Of a DNA stretch of 64,000 nucleotides, positions 25,085-37,912 are shown one piece after another. Within the stretch, counting starts at the first letter, position 1; each line of letters starts with the position of its first letter. The notes below the pieces were generated by a model that was given only the letters and a program-made list of their open reading frames with translations, had not been told where the DNA came from and did no database searches. Origin of the DNA: Felis catus (lineage: Eukaryota); assembly GCF_018350175.1 (NCBI RefSeq), contig NC_058368.1:223946001-224010000 (forward strand), written 5' to 3'. Both the position numbers and the translations under genes were made by a program.

Positions 25085-25960
25085 TTATATAATGACACTT
25101 ATAGAAAACTATTTTGTGATAAATACTATACTAAGTACTGTGCTTACAGTACTTAGTAAAAAAAGTCACGATCCTTGCTTTCCTGCATGTTAAACTTTAA
25201 AGATGGTGACCTAACACATAACTACAAGTATACAAGTAAGTAATTGCTATTTGAATGCATGTTTAAGACTAACCAGTAGAGCTTGACTAATGAAAAGTGT
25301 TCTTCGTGGAACGGCTTTTTGAGAAAATTACCTTTAAATAGAAATCTGAAAAGCCAAAGGACTCAGCCATTAAGAAGTCTGTGCAGTGGTACAAAGAGGG
25401 CTTTCAGAACAGATCAAGCCAGGGAATGACAGAAAAATGTAGTCATTTTTTTAAGAATTGGGCATTTTCTAAGAATTAGAAGGACCCTAGGGCTAAAGCA
25501 TAGAAGCAAATAAGGAGAGTGCCTGACAGGAGCTTGCACAGGTAGGAAAGCTCCAGATAATCAGAGCTACCAGTGGTCTATCTAAAGAGCTATTGGTTTT
25601 AGTTTTAGCAAGAGGAAAGCATTGGCTACATTAACCATGAAAGTGACATGTCTGATTTTCTAGTTTATTGGTCTCTACTATACATGGAAATAAGAAATAG
25701 AGGCTTGGAATAGAGTCAGTGGCAGTTTGAAAGGTGAAAAGTTTGAGATATATTTGTTAGATATGATAGACGTATTGATAAAATTTCCATTAGAATGGGA
25801 AAATAAAGAAACACGAGAAAAATGTTATGTTTCTAATAATTCAGTGGATAGTAATACTGTTTACCAACGAAGGAAAGAATGGGGATATCAAGTTTGTAGA
25901 GGACTCCATGCTTTTGTTTTTGTGTGTTTTTTGAAAAGTATTCAAATGTGAAAAATCTGT
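25085..25960 (-). mobile_element. L2 fragment
   Basis: Degenerate antisense L2 3' region (AGTCACGATCCTTGCTTTCCTG; GAAAGCATTGG..AAGTGACATGTCTGATTT). Confidence 0.55.
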
Positions 25961-26460
25961 ATGACACCCACATGGAGATTTAAAGTAACAAACAGAAAAT
26001 TGGGCCCACTGACAAATGGGTTATGACCTGGGGAGTGAGAAAGCCAGTTAAGACAGAAATCACAACTTAAACATGGTTCCTGACTCACAAGATAAGATAT
26101 ACTCTGATCTGTGATGTGCATCACAAACTATTTAAATTCAAACACATTTAAGACTTTTGTTTGTTTGTCTGTTTGTTTAGACTTATCCTTTCCAAGACAA
26201 GATTTGACACATCCTACTTGAAAAGCAGCACTTCATGGACTCAAAAGGTACAATTTCTGCATGTTCCAGCAACATTTCTGAATGATACAGTTTCTGAATG
26301 TTCCAGCTTTTTTATTTTTGGAACACATTAATTGTGTGTACAGAAGGGTACAAATTAAACGGTAAAAGACATTTGAAAAACGTGGAAGAATTTGTTGGGC
26401 TTCCTATTGAAAATAAATACTATTTCCTGGCAATGTAAAAAGAATGAATATTTGAGATTT

Positions 26461-26619
26461 GGGGCACCTGGGTGCCTCAGTTGGTTCAGCGTCTGACTCT
26501 TGATTTTGGCTCAGGTTATGATCTCACGGTTCATGGGATGGAGCCCCACACTGGGCTAACAGTGCAGAACCTACTTGGGATTCTCTCTCTCTCCCTCTCT
26601 TTCTACCCCTCCACAGCTT

Positions 26620-26658
<39 letters not shown>

Positions 26659-26675
26659 AATAAATACACATAAAC
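26461..26675 (+). mobile_element. Can-SINE
   Basis: Imperfect TSD GAATATTT(G/T)AGATTT; long CT tract. Confidence 0.95.
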
Positions 26676-27264
26676 AAGAATATTTTAGATTTGAGTTTAT
26701 AATATTAAAATGAAATCATTATATTCAACTTATTTTTTCACAAGATCATTCAACTATTTGTACGTATTTACAGGGAAAGAAGACAGGAAATCACTTCAGG
26801 AAGAGAATATCTTCAACCTTATTGCCATAGTCCAGGTGAGGGAGGATATACCATAGTGACTGCAACAGATACGGAAAAAGTGAAAGATTTGAAAACTTGA
26901 GGCAGATTTAACAAGACTGACATATGATAGAGCAAAGCATATGTCACTAGACCCTCAGCTAAAGCTACTTCTTGGATGGCTGTGCCATTTATATCGATGA
27001 TGAATTATGTAAATGGAGAATGTCAGTATTTGGTGAGTTCAGTTTTAGAAACATCAACTTTTAGTGGAATGTGTTTCATAGACACATACATGTTCAGCTT
27101 GAGTGTTTATTTATTCAACAAATACTTATTGAATATCTACTAAGGCTAAATTGTGTTATTCGCCTTGAGGACAAACTAGAGAACAAAACAAGTAAATATA
27201 GAAGCATATATACAAACAAAACAAGCAAATATTGTGGTGGCTTTGTATTTTAACAGAGAAGTCT

Positions 27265-27481
27265 GGGGGTGCCTGGGTGGCTCAGTCGGTTAAGCATCCG
27301 ACTTCAGCTCAAGTCATGATCTCACAGTTTATGGGTTCAAGCCCCGTGTCGGGCTCTGTGCTGACTGCTCAGAGCCTGGAACCTGCTTCGGATTCTGTGT
27401 CTCCCTCTCTCTCTGTTCTTCCCCCCCGTTCATGCTCTCTCTATCCTTCAAAAATAAATAAACATTTAAAAAAATTTTTAA
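27265..27481 (+). mobile_element. Can-SINE
   Basis: TSD AGAGAAGTC. Confidence 0.96.
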
Positions 27482-27634
27482 AGAGAAGTCCAGATTACAA
27501 TTAAACATGTGAGTGATATCAGAACAAAATCATGGAAAATTCCCTTGTGAAGGAACGTGGTACCCAAGGAAGAAGTTGTAGAATGTAAAGAGAAGAGGCC
27601 TCCAAACAGAATCTTAACATTTCCCGATACTTAT

Positions 27635-27864
27635 GGGGTACCTGGGTGGCTCAGTCGGTTAAGTGTCTGACTTTGGCCCAGGACGTGATCTCACGGTTCC
27701 TGAGTTCAAGCCCCACATCAGGCTCTGTGGTGACAGCTCAGAGCCTGGAGCCTGCTTCGGATGCTGTGTCTCCCTTTCTCCCTCTGCCTCTCCCTTGCTC
27801 AAACTCTCTCTCTCTCTCTCTCTCTCTCTGTCAAAAGTAAATAAATATTTAAAAAATTTACAAA
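27635..27864 (+). mobile_element. Can-SINE
   Basis: Imperfect TSD TTCCC(G/A)ATACT. Confidence 0.96.
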
Positions 27865-28836
27865 ATATTCCCAATACTCAAGAGTAAGGAACATGAAGAA
27901 CAGCCTCAGAATAGTTTGGGAGAGATGTCCAGAGACAGAGAATAAAAAGTGACTGCTTAGTATTCGCAGATTCCATTATAAGCAAGTGTTCGAGATCAAG
28001 AAATACTATTTGTAAGGTAAAACAATCATAATTTGAATGTATTATATGAATTCCTATGATGATTATGGATAATTTTTCTGAGAGCAAGGTTAAAGACATA
28101 GAAAGAGATGTCAGATTGGGATGAGTAAAGAAGTAATTTGACAATAATTAAGGTTGAGCTGGTTTTTTCCAGGGGGATAAGTTAGGTAACAGCAAACAAA
28201 CAGACAAAAACACCACTAGAGCACATCTAAATGTTAACGATAGTGAATGAGCAAAAGACGTGGCAAAAACAGACACTATCCTTGAACAGTCCTCAAAACA
28301 TTTGAAGGAAATGACATTTATAAAACAAACAAACAAACAACAACAACAACAACAACAATGATTGAAAAGATGTGGAGACAATTCCTTTCAAACAGAAGCA
28401 CTGAAGGAAACATACAGATGTAGAGGTTCTGGCCAATGGAGGAGCAGGGAGTTCATATCTAGTGGCTTTGTACATTTCAAGATATCATGGGACAAATTAA
28501 TATTCTGAAGGGAAAGGTAATGCATGGATTTGGAGATTCGAGAAAAATGAAGACTTTAAGATTAGTTATTCAGAAAATAGGACCATGCACAGAACTAGAA
28601 ATGCATGATAATAGGGCAGTATCCAGGCAAAATTATCCATTTTCTTACAGTTATAACAATCAAGATGTGTGATTTGTTCATTAGAAGATATTTTTTAAGA
28701 TAGTGATTAAAGTGGTTGACTATGGTGCCCATGGAGATGAGAAGGAAATGTGAATAAAGAAGAATGGGGAATATGGGTGCCAATTAAAATCCTCTTTTCA
28801 AACACAAAGATCCTCATAAAGAAAAAAAAAAAAGGA

Positions 28837-29031
28837 GGGGCACTTGGGTGGCTCAGTGGGTTGAACGTCTGACTCTTGATTTCAGCCCAGGTTATGATCC
28901 CAGGGTCACAGGATAGAGCCCCACACTGGAGGGCGTGCTGACCATGGAGCCTGCTTAGGGTTCTCTCTCTGTCTCTCTCTCTCTGTCTCTCTCTGTCTCT
29001 GTCTCTCCCTTTGCCCCTCTTTCCCGCTTAT

Positions 29032-29081
<50 letters not shown>

Positions 29082-29110
29082 CAAAAAAAAATTCAAAAGA
29101 AAAGAAAAAA
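28837..29110 (+). mobile_element. Can-SINE with expanded CT tracts
   Basis: GGGGCACTTGGGTGGCTCAG head; long (CT)n. Confidence 0.95.
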
Positions 29111-29146
29111 AGAAAACTTTATAATACAGGATTTATCACATATATC

Positions 29147-29575
29147 TGTTACCAGTCAGAATAGAATAGGTTGTGCTTCCGTGATAAAAGCAAGAACACA
29201 ATATCACCTCTAAAATTTTTGCAGCTTAAGAAATTAAGGTTCGGTTCTTGCTCCTATCATAGTTTGATTGGTGTTTAATGAGTAGCCATCCCTACTGCAA
29301 TTAAATAAACAGGGACTTTTCCAACTGGTGGCTTTCCTGTCCCCGAAGGACCTACTCCAATTCCTCCACTGGGACTTGTATTCAGCAATCATTTTTAAAG
29401 AAAGAGTGAGGCCCAGGTCTTATGGGAAAATCCAGGATGGAAAACAGTATACATGAATTTTGATCATATTCGGTCAGCTAGAGCAAGTCCTCTAACACCA
29501 ACCCAACTGTAGTCCCCCCGGATGCCCAGGAAGAGAAGACTGCAAAATGAGTATGTAGCCAGTCCCCACTATGGT
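29147..29575 (-). mobile_element. MaLR LTR (MLT1I/J-like)
   Basis: TGTTACCAGTCAGAATAGAATAGGTTGTGCT..GCTTAAGAAATTAAGGTT..TTCTTGCTC matches the antisense MLT1 terminus. Confidence 0.65.
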
Positions 29576-29916
29576 AGAGCAAATTGAAACCATATGTGTC
29601 TATCATTACCTTGATATTAAAATTCATAAGGTCAGAAACTATCTATTTCTCTTTAAGGTGATCATTATATCAGAAGTGAGTGGAAGGAAGTGACTTTTCA
29701 ACTGTAATGAATAGTGATGTGGTATAAAAAAAGTACAAATTGCTAAAGTAGCAAATAAAATAAGAAGTAAGCCAACCTGTTCCACTGGCAATACAGCTCA
29801 AATTACAGGGAAATTTTGACAAAAGGTGGCCTCAAATAATAGGGAGTCTATTAAGGAACGACAAATAGAGTTTTTTGGTTTTTGTTTTTTTTTATTTTTT
29901 TTAAATGACTATCTTT

Positions 29917-30084
29917 GGGGCACCTGGGTGGCTCAGTTGGTTAAGCATCCAACTCTTGATGTAGGCTCAGGTGGTCATCTCGTGGTCCTGGGATCGAGCC
30001 CAGCATCAGGCTCCATGGTGAGCCTGTTTGGGATCCTCCCTGTACCTGTCTCCCTGTTCTCCCCCAACTCATACATGTGTGCAT

Positions 30085-30129
<45 letters not shown>

Positions 30130-30148
30130 ATAAGTAAATAATCCTAAA
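29917..30148 (+). mobile_element. Can-SINE (older)
   Basis: Imperfect TSD AAATGA(C/T)TAT. Confidence 0.94.
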
Positions 30149-31650
30149 AAATGATTATTTTAATAATAGTTCACGCATAATAATAAAAATCCTCCAAATA
30201 TAATTTCACTTACAGGGTATAGGATTAGGTAAAGAAAATTTTAACATGTATGGCTTTTTTAAATCATAAGACTGCCAAATTAAAAGTGCACATTCATTGT
30301 TCTCCAAAATCCACAAATAAAATTAATAAGGTACATGAAGATACAATGTAATGTGGGAAACAATCATGTCACAGAAGAAAATGAGAGCTTGCCTTAGCCA
30401 TTTATCTTGTGCTAGGGTCCTGTGGTATAAAATCTATGTTGTCCTAACTTTGAAGACTTGAGCTTAAAATACATTGACACTGAGGAATAACAAGATATAT
30501 GTGTGTACTAAAATATATACATATATGCTTTATGCTCCTGAAAGGATAGTTTAGGTCCCATTCATTTGCTTTAGGCATGCTGACTTCATACACTAGGATA
30601 AAAAAAAATGCTAAATAATATATGGGATACAGTCAGCACACCCCACTTCAACCTTAGTCTTCAAAGTATTGCTCTGAGTTATGTTGGTTATTAGAGTATC
30701 AAGGGAAGAAGATTTTCAAAAGTGCCCACATAAATGCGTACACAAATCCTAAACTGTGTTCGTAATGGGGCCTTAGGAGCACAAAATGGATAATGGCACC
30801 ACGGATGCCTATACACATATGTGGATGTTTGATTTAAAAACCACTGTTGGCTATTATTTCTAAAATCTAGTTGTACAGTGTCATTGGCCAATTACGCGGA
30901 GCATGGATTCAGTGCAGACACTATTTTAGACTAAATAAATTATAATAAATTTCTTACATCTTTTACTTTATTAGCTTAAATCTTTTTGGATGCTTACTTG
31001 ATGTAACAATTATTAGCATTGTACACTTACATATGATTATTATTAGCATTGTAAATTTACATATGGTTTACAGATTACTAATGTTTTCCTATGTTACATT
31101 CAGGTAAGTGAGATATTAATTCCGATTAAATGGACTATGGTAGATTGTCATTTTGCGGATTATGAGAGTGAGGATGTGACAAAATTTTCCGCTGAGATTT
31201 TTCTTTTTCTTTTCTTTTCTTTTAAAGGCTTCTAACATGCTGTAATGTATTTAAAGCCATCAAAGAATTTCAAAACTGAAATATTATTTTATGTATCATG
31301 AAATGTAATGATTTCCAGCAAATTTAAGAACACAATGCATTTTATAATCTATGAATAAGGAAAAGTTACATCTAATATTTCTATAAAAGCTACAGAATTA
31401 TAACTTCATAATAGTAATTTCAAGATATGCAATTTTTCTTGCATACTCAAAGGAGTAGAATTATCTTTGATGAAAGTAAAGTGCATTCATTCTCATGAAA
31501 CATCAAATTTACTGTACATATCTCATGATGTTCTCTCATGGAGATAACAACAAAAAATATTCTATGTAGAGTAAGAAAAACCAGTTCTGGGATGTTGAGC
31601 TGTTATTCACAGTGGTTTCCTCAAAAATGCAAATTTTGAGTAGAAAAAAA

Positions 31651-31963
31651 ATATATATGTACATATATATACACATATATATACATATATATGTGTATAT
31701 ATATGTACATATATATACATATATATGTGTATATATATGTGTATATATATACATATATGTACATGTATACATGTATATATACATATATATGTACACATAT
31801 ACATGTATATACACATATATATGTATATATATGTATATATATGTATATATATGTATATATATGTATATGTATATGTATATATATGTATATATGTATATAC
31901 ATATATATGTATATATGTATATATATGTATATATATATATATATATATACATTTTATATATAT
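31651..31963. repeat. (TATATG/TACA)n compound microsatellite
   Basis: About 300 bp of alternating purine-pyrimidine sequence; source of the YI-rich spurious ORFs. Confidence 0.95.
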
Positions 31964-32469
31964 CGTGGCTACATTTTAATTACATTTGAAAGATTACTAA
32001 TTGACCATAGAAGAATAAACTAAATATATAATTGATATAAATAAATATATGGAGGTTCCCATTATGGATCATTAGGGATTGTTTCCATTTAAAAACGTAC
32101 TCAACAAAGCTCTCTGATATTTGAAAAATATGTCCATCTTACTTCACAGGGCTACTCTTAAATGATACTGAGTTAATAGATGCAGACCATTTAGAGACCT
32201 CCAAAAGGAACAAAAGCATTTTAACCGTTTCAGTCTCCCTGTTTCATACACACCTGCAAAGCAAGACCCTATCTGTTTCGTACTTGTCTACGCATGATCT
32301 AAGTTTTTACAGCTGCTGTACATCTTTACTCCAATTTTACGAGTACAAAACTGGGGTCAGGCTGAGATATCTACATGATTTACTCGGTACTGAAAAGCCA
32401 GCCATAAGGCATGCTGAAGATTCGCATCAAAGCTCAGAATTTCCAAGCCGAGCACATTTTGTTCTTCCA

Positions 32470-33050
32470 CCATAGTACCCTTGGATTCCTTTTACCAGTT
32501 CTGCAACTCATACCTTCAGTCCTGGATGCTTTACTTCCGGCAGTTCCATCCTGCATCCTTCTTCAGAGAGCTGCTCCTTGGCTCCTGGAGCTGCCTCACC
32601 CAGAATTACAGAGAGGAGATAGTGCCCTGGCAGGGTTGAAGGGTCACACCTCGTAAGGAAGCCTGAGGGATGACTCATAAAGGGTAATTCCTACTCAAGT
32701 CCTGCCCAGGGTCAGATTAAGGTGGAGACTTCATAAGAAGCTGGGCCCTTGACGGTGTCTTCTTCTACTTGATTCTGTTTACCAGGCTTTATTGATTTCT
32801 CCCACTAGAACTTCCTTTAAAAATCACTTGCACCTGGACCTTTATCCCAGTCTATCCTTTCAGAGAAGAAGAATCACCTGGAGAGACTGTTCAACACAGG
32901 TTCCTGAGTCACAGGTTTCTGGCCACAGAGTCAGTAGGTCCAGAAGGGAGACCTGAGAATGTGTACTTCTAACAAGCTCCGAGGTGATGATGATCTTAAT
33001 GGTCTATCACTCACACTATGATCATCCTTTGTAGAAAACCTAACCCAAGA
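32470..33050 (+). mobile_element. ERVL LTR16-like solo LTR, interrupted by MER5A
   Basis: 3' end AAAATCACTTGCAC..TATCCCAGTCTATCCTTTCAGAGAA / AACCTAACCCAAGATA resembles the LTR16 terminus. Confidence 0.65.
32871..33035. mobile_element. MER5A (hAT-Charlie)
   Basis: GAATCACCTGGAGAG..TCAGTAGGTC..CCTGAGAATGTGTACTTCTAACAAGCTCC..GGTGATG. Confidence 0.8.
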
Positions 33051-34068
33051 TAATTTCATAAAGAAGTGGTCTCTTACCTTCATTGTGAATCCCAGTCCCA
33101 TCCTGTAAAGTTCTGGTTGAAACACGATGCGAGGGCCCTCACTCACAGTTTTATATGTGTCACTAAACACATTGAATTTTCCAGTAAGAGTATCATGCTT
33201 TCGATTTTAAAGAAATTCAATTTCAATTATTGAGATAAAAAGAATTGCCTTTTTCAGGCTAATAGTAGAAAATGAAAAGTGGCTTTATAAAATTTAAAAT
33301 ATTTTCCCATTACGTGTTCTACCAGGTAATTATTTTTCTATTTCAATTTTTATTACTCAATTATTCCAAAGAAGAATACCTAACTTCTCACTAGAAGGTT
33401 CTATATTATCATGAGCTACCCAGGGGTGTTAGGCTGACAGTAAGGCAGAAGGGAACTTTTGAACTCCACCCATTGATGGCTTGGATGAATGTCGGCATTT
33501 GACAAAAAAATGTGCAGCCATACACAGAATGATAGCATTCTTGGTTGCAATATATATCTTGTTAAAATCATTCATGTTGCAATGAAAATTGATAGTGCAT
33601 ATTTTTGTGTGTGTTACTTATGTGGTACTATTTTTCTTATTACTGGAATAATAGTCCTTTAGAAAGGCATATGTCTTTAGAAAGACATACACACAACAAC
33701 AAAAACAAAAATCAGTGACTTTTGCTAATAGGAAACAGACTCCAATATACATATTCAAAGTTAAAATGTTCAATTGAGTTTTTTTTTTTTATGAAATGCC
33801 TAGGCCAAATGATTAGCTATCATTTCATTTTAATAAATCAATACCATACCCTGCCATAAATGTATTTGCATATAAAGCTGTCAAATCCTCATGGTAATTT
33901 CTCCTTCGAGGCATTTTTAAAACAAAAAAGTATTTCATTGTAGTTTACTTTCAACCTGTCTGTCTTTATAGAAGCACTGCTATGAAAAAATGTTATGACC
34001 ACATGATAGCTTTTTAAAAGATACAGTCAGTTGACTATGAAACTTCCATTAAGAAACCTATCAGCTAA

Positions 34069-34238
34069 GGGATGCCTGGGTGGCTCAGTCAGTTGAGTGT
34101 CTGACTTCAGCTCAGGTCATGATCTCACAGTTCGTGGGTTCAGGCCCAAGTTGGGCTCTGTGCTGACAGCTCAGAGCCTGGAGCCTGCTTCAGATTATGT
34201 ATTTCCCTCTCTCTTTATCCCTCCTCCCCCTTGTAGAG

Positions 34239-34280
<42 letters not shown>

Positions 34281-34314
34281 GATAAATAAACATCAAAAAT
34301 TTAAAAAATAAAAT
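34069..34314 (+). mobile_element. Can-SINE
   Basis: TSD AAACCTAT(C/T)AGCTAA. Confidence 0.96.
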
Positions 34315-35389
34315 AAACCTATTAGCTAAAAGATAGCCTAGTGTAGCCAGTGATATGAGCTTTATTTGAATAAATGCAGAAATTTATGACCTAAGGATTA
34401 TAAATTTAACTTCAGATATATTCATACACTTGAAGCTGTCAATGTCAAGGTTCATATAAATGCTATCATTTGTTTAGGATACGTAGAGTCAGTTAATTTA
34501 TCAACATTCTTTTATCCATCTGGTATAATATCTCTACATATTACATATTGGTACAATCCATAACAGGGTTCCATATACACACAAATAACTTACAAGAAAT
34601 GAAGCAAATTATATTTTTAAAAAAAGAAAGAAAAACAGTAAAAACTTTACCTTAGTATTTCAATTTTTGTAAAAGTTGTGCCATATGACTCCTTTTCTGC
34701 TTCATTTAGAAATTCAAATGTGACATTGACATTTTATATCCTAAGAAGCAATATTTCATTTTTAGTACCGGTCAAGGGATAGTAATGATAGATTTATGGC
34801 TGTGCCAAGATCATTATATAGATAAAATTAAAGCAGAATCTCAAGAAATCCTTAGTCAGCTCTTCACATAGCCTGAACCTTACATCTTTGGAGGTGACTT
34901 TGATCTTAATTCCTGTCCAGGGCATCTCACATCACAGCTACATTTGTCTTATTTCTTATATAACATTTCAGCTTGGGGAAATTTTGCAAACCCTTTTTCG
35001 AAAAAAAAAAAAAAAAAAAAAAAAAGAAACCTGCCTTGAACTCCAGGGACAAATGAACCATTTGTTTCCATGTCCCATTTAGAGGCAAAGACCATGCCGA
35101 ACACATCAAAGGAGACATAAGCAGCCAGAATAGCACAAGTTAGGAAATACGATGCTGTTGAAGCAGTGGTTGAAATATGTTTTCCCCTGAAACAACTTAT
35201 TATTAACCATCTTGCAATTATATATCAGTCTTGATGGATAAGTACGTCTTATTTACAATATGTGTAATTTTGAAATGATCCATAAATATTAAATAACAAC
35301 TCTGTATTTTCTAAAAGTGCATTGTATGAGTGGGTATGTTTTCTGGAAAATAAAATGTAAATATATTGATCTGTTAGAATGAAGTACAA

Positions 35390-35609
35390 GGGCGCCTGGG
35401 TGGCTCAGTCGGTTAAGCGTCTGACTTCAGCTCAGGTTATGATCTCACACCCTGTGAGTTCGAGCCCCGCGTCGGGGTCTATGCTGACAGCTCAGAGCCT
35501 GGAGTCTGCTTCAGATTCTGTGTCTCCCCCTCTCTCTGCCCCTCCCCTGCTCATGCTCCATCTCTCTCTGTCTCAAAAATAAATAAAAACATTTAAAAAA
35601 ATTTAAAAA
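35390..35609 (+). mobile_element. Can-SINE
   Basis: Imperfect TSD AGAATGA(A/G)GT(A/G)CAA; intact A and B boxes. Confidence 0.97.
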
Positions 35610-36340
35610 AGAATGAGGTGCAAAAGTCAATAAATTATCCACACAAATTCACAAAGGAAAGCATTTCTGCTTACTTATAGGCTTATAGGTTTTTTTTTTG
35701 TATCACTAAAAAAATCCAATGATGAAATGTGTGTATTATTAGGAAAATACTTATTCATTTTATATATGTATAAATGTGTATATGTTTACCCATGCAATGC
35801 AATACTGACAGATATATGTGTCACATAAAAACAGGTTGAATAAGCATTCTGTACTTAAGGAGCTTATCAGTTAGCGACTATAATATGGCATGTCAATAAA
35901 AAGACATGATTAAGTGGAAGAGTGATGATTGTCCTAAGATTTTCAAAAAAGAACAGGTATAAATCTTATTCTGTTACTATCTAAAGTGCTGATTTTCCTT
36001 ATTTCTCTCCAGTGTCCTATTTATGATAAATACTTTATACCAGTGGTGGTTAAATTATTTGTAAAATATATACTAGTTGGGATGCATTTGTTGTTTGCAA
36101 GAAAGAAAAATCATATGCAGTTGGAGGAGCTTATTTGTCATCAGACAAGAAGGGGTGTCAGCACGAGGGAGCTGGGGTTTCTCGTTCTGTAAAAGACTAG
36201 AGTTTGGGATTGAAATGCTGATAGCTGGGGTTTAGCCCTCACTCACCATTCTCCTCTGTTTCTCCCCTGAATCTGCTTGTATCTTTCATTCTCTTCCCTC
36301 TTTGCCCCCTCCTTGCCTCCATACTTTTCTGGAATAAATA

Positions 36341-37036
36341 CAGTAGTTTTCCCTTATCCATGGAGAATACATTCTAAGACCCTCAAGGAATGCCTGAAAC
36401 CACCGATAGATCAATAGATAGATAAATAGATAGATAGATGATAGATAGATAATGCATAGATTATATAGTTTTTCTAAATATATATTATATATATTATATA
36501 TATTTATATTTATAATATACATTTATATATTTATTATTTATATATAAATGTATATTTATATTTAGAATAAATATATATTTGTATTTAGAATAAATATATA
36601 TTTATTATTTATATATAAATATATATTTATTTATATATATAAATATATATTTATGTATATATATATATATATATACCATTTCTTTCCTAAATATACATAC
36701 CTATGATAAACTTTAATTTCAAGTAGGCACAGTAAAAGATGAACAGCAATACCTAATAATGAGTGAAATAATCATAACAATATGCTGTAATAAAAGTTTT
36801 GTGAATGTGGCCTCTTACCATACTGTATTCACCTTTCTTGTGATGATGTGGGATGATAAAATGTCTTCGTGATGAGATGAAGTGAGGTGAATGACGTAGA
36901 CGTTGTGACATAGGGGGAAGCAACTGTTGACCTTCTGACTATTTCTCCAAAGGAGGATCATCTGCTTCAGGACCTCGGTTGAAGGCTGGTAACTGAAACC
37001 ACGGGAAGAGAAGTCATGGATAAGGGGGTAGTACTG
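36341..37036. mobile_element. TcMar-Tigger non-autonomous element (MER44-like)
   Basis: Terminal inverted repeats CAGTAGTTTTCCCTTATCCA / TGGATAAGGGGGTAGTACTG, each flanked by TA; internal sequence matches my recall of MER44. Confidence 0.85.
36406..36676. repeat. (GATA)n plus AT-rich microsatellite inside the MER44-like element
   Basis: GATA units followed by about 200 bp of TA-rich sequence. Confidence 0.9.
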
Positions 37037-37467
37037 TATTGGAAAATATACCTATCGAAACTTTTTGAGAAAACGTAAATCTGTGTCTACATGGTTTATC
37101 TGCTTTCGGGTACTCATATCAAGTCTGAACACCTGTACCTGGGATGGCAAGGAATTTAGATATTTAGATATTTGATATTTTAGTTAAATTGTTCCATTTA
37201 TAAACTTCTACAAGCTTGTCTCCTTTTGATTCTACTTTTAATTTAGGTCATTTCAAACTTCATTTATTATTATTGCCATTACTATTTTTAGCTTAACAAT
37301 AACATTTTATATAGTAATGATATATACATTGTGCATAAGTCCAATTATACAGAAGAATATATAATGAGCCACACATTCTCCTCCCATGACCACTGCTAAC
37401 CACTAAGTTCACTTGGCTAGAAGCAAACACTTAAAAAATTTTAATATCTTTCAACTATGCTATAGAT

Positions 37468-37606
37468 TATTATGAACGGAATGTGTCCTCCCAAAATTCA
37501 TATGTTGAAGCCTTTATCCTCACTGCGATGATATTTGGAGATGGGGTCTTTGGGAGATATTTAGGTTTAGATGAGGTCATGGAGATGGGGTTCCCATGAT
37601 GGGATA
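37468..37606 (+). mobile_element. MLT1A-type MaLR LTR 5' fragment
   Basis: GAATGTGTCCTCCCAAAATTCATATGTTGAAG..TTTGGAGATGGGGTCTTTGGGAG..TTAGGTTTAGATGAGGTCATG. Confidence 0.85.
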
Positions 37607-37714
37607 TGCTCTCTCTTTTTGATTTTTGCATAAAGAGCAGTGAACCACTTATAGTATCCTGGTCCTTGACAATTGTTAGTCATTTACAATAAAAGTCGAA
37701 AAGTTTACCTTATT

Positions 37715-37881
37715 GGGGTGCCTGGGTAGCTCAGTGAGTTAAGCGTCTGACTCTTGATTTCAGCTCAGATCATGATCTCACTTATGAGTTCAAGTGCTGC
37801 ATTGGGCTTTGTGCTGACAGTTTGGAGCCTGCTTGGTATTCTATCTTTTCCTCTCTCTGCCTCTCCCCCATGTGCTTTCTG

Positions 37882-37912
<31 letters not shown>

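Larger units (their letters stand above)
26790..28770 (-). mobile_element. L2 fragments interrupted by two SINEs
   Basis: GCCATAGTCCAGGTGAG, GTGAGTTCAGTTTTAGA, and an antisense 3' end TTATTCAACAAATACTTATTGAATATCTACTA near 27110. Confidence 0.6.

Noticed and set aside
31536..32023. Six overlapping Y/I/M-rich ORFs, with similar ones at 3.1, 39.5 and 40.6 kb
   Set aside because: Artefacts of stop-free TA/CA microsatellites.
34878..34940. Possible minus-strand exon encoding MPWTGIKIKVTSKD
   Set aside because: The acceptor lacks a polypyrimidine tract and the peptide is unrecognised.
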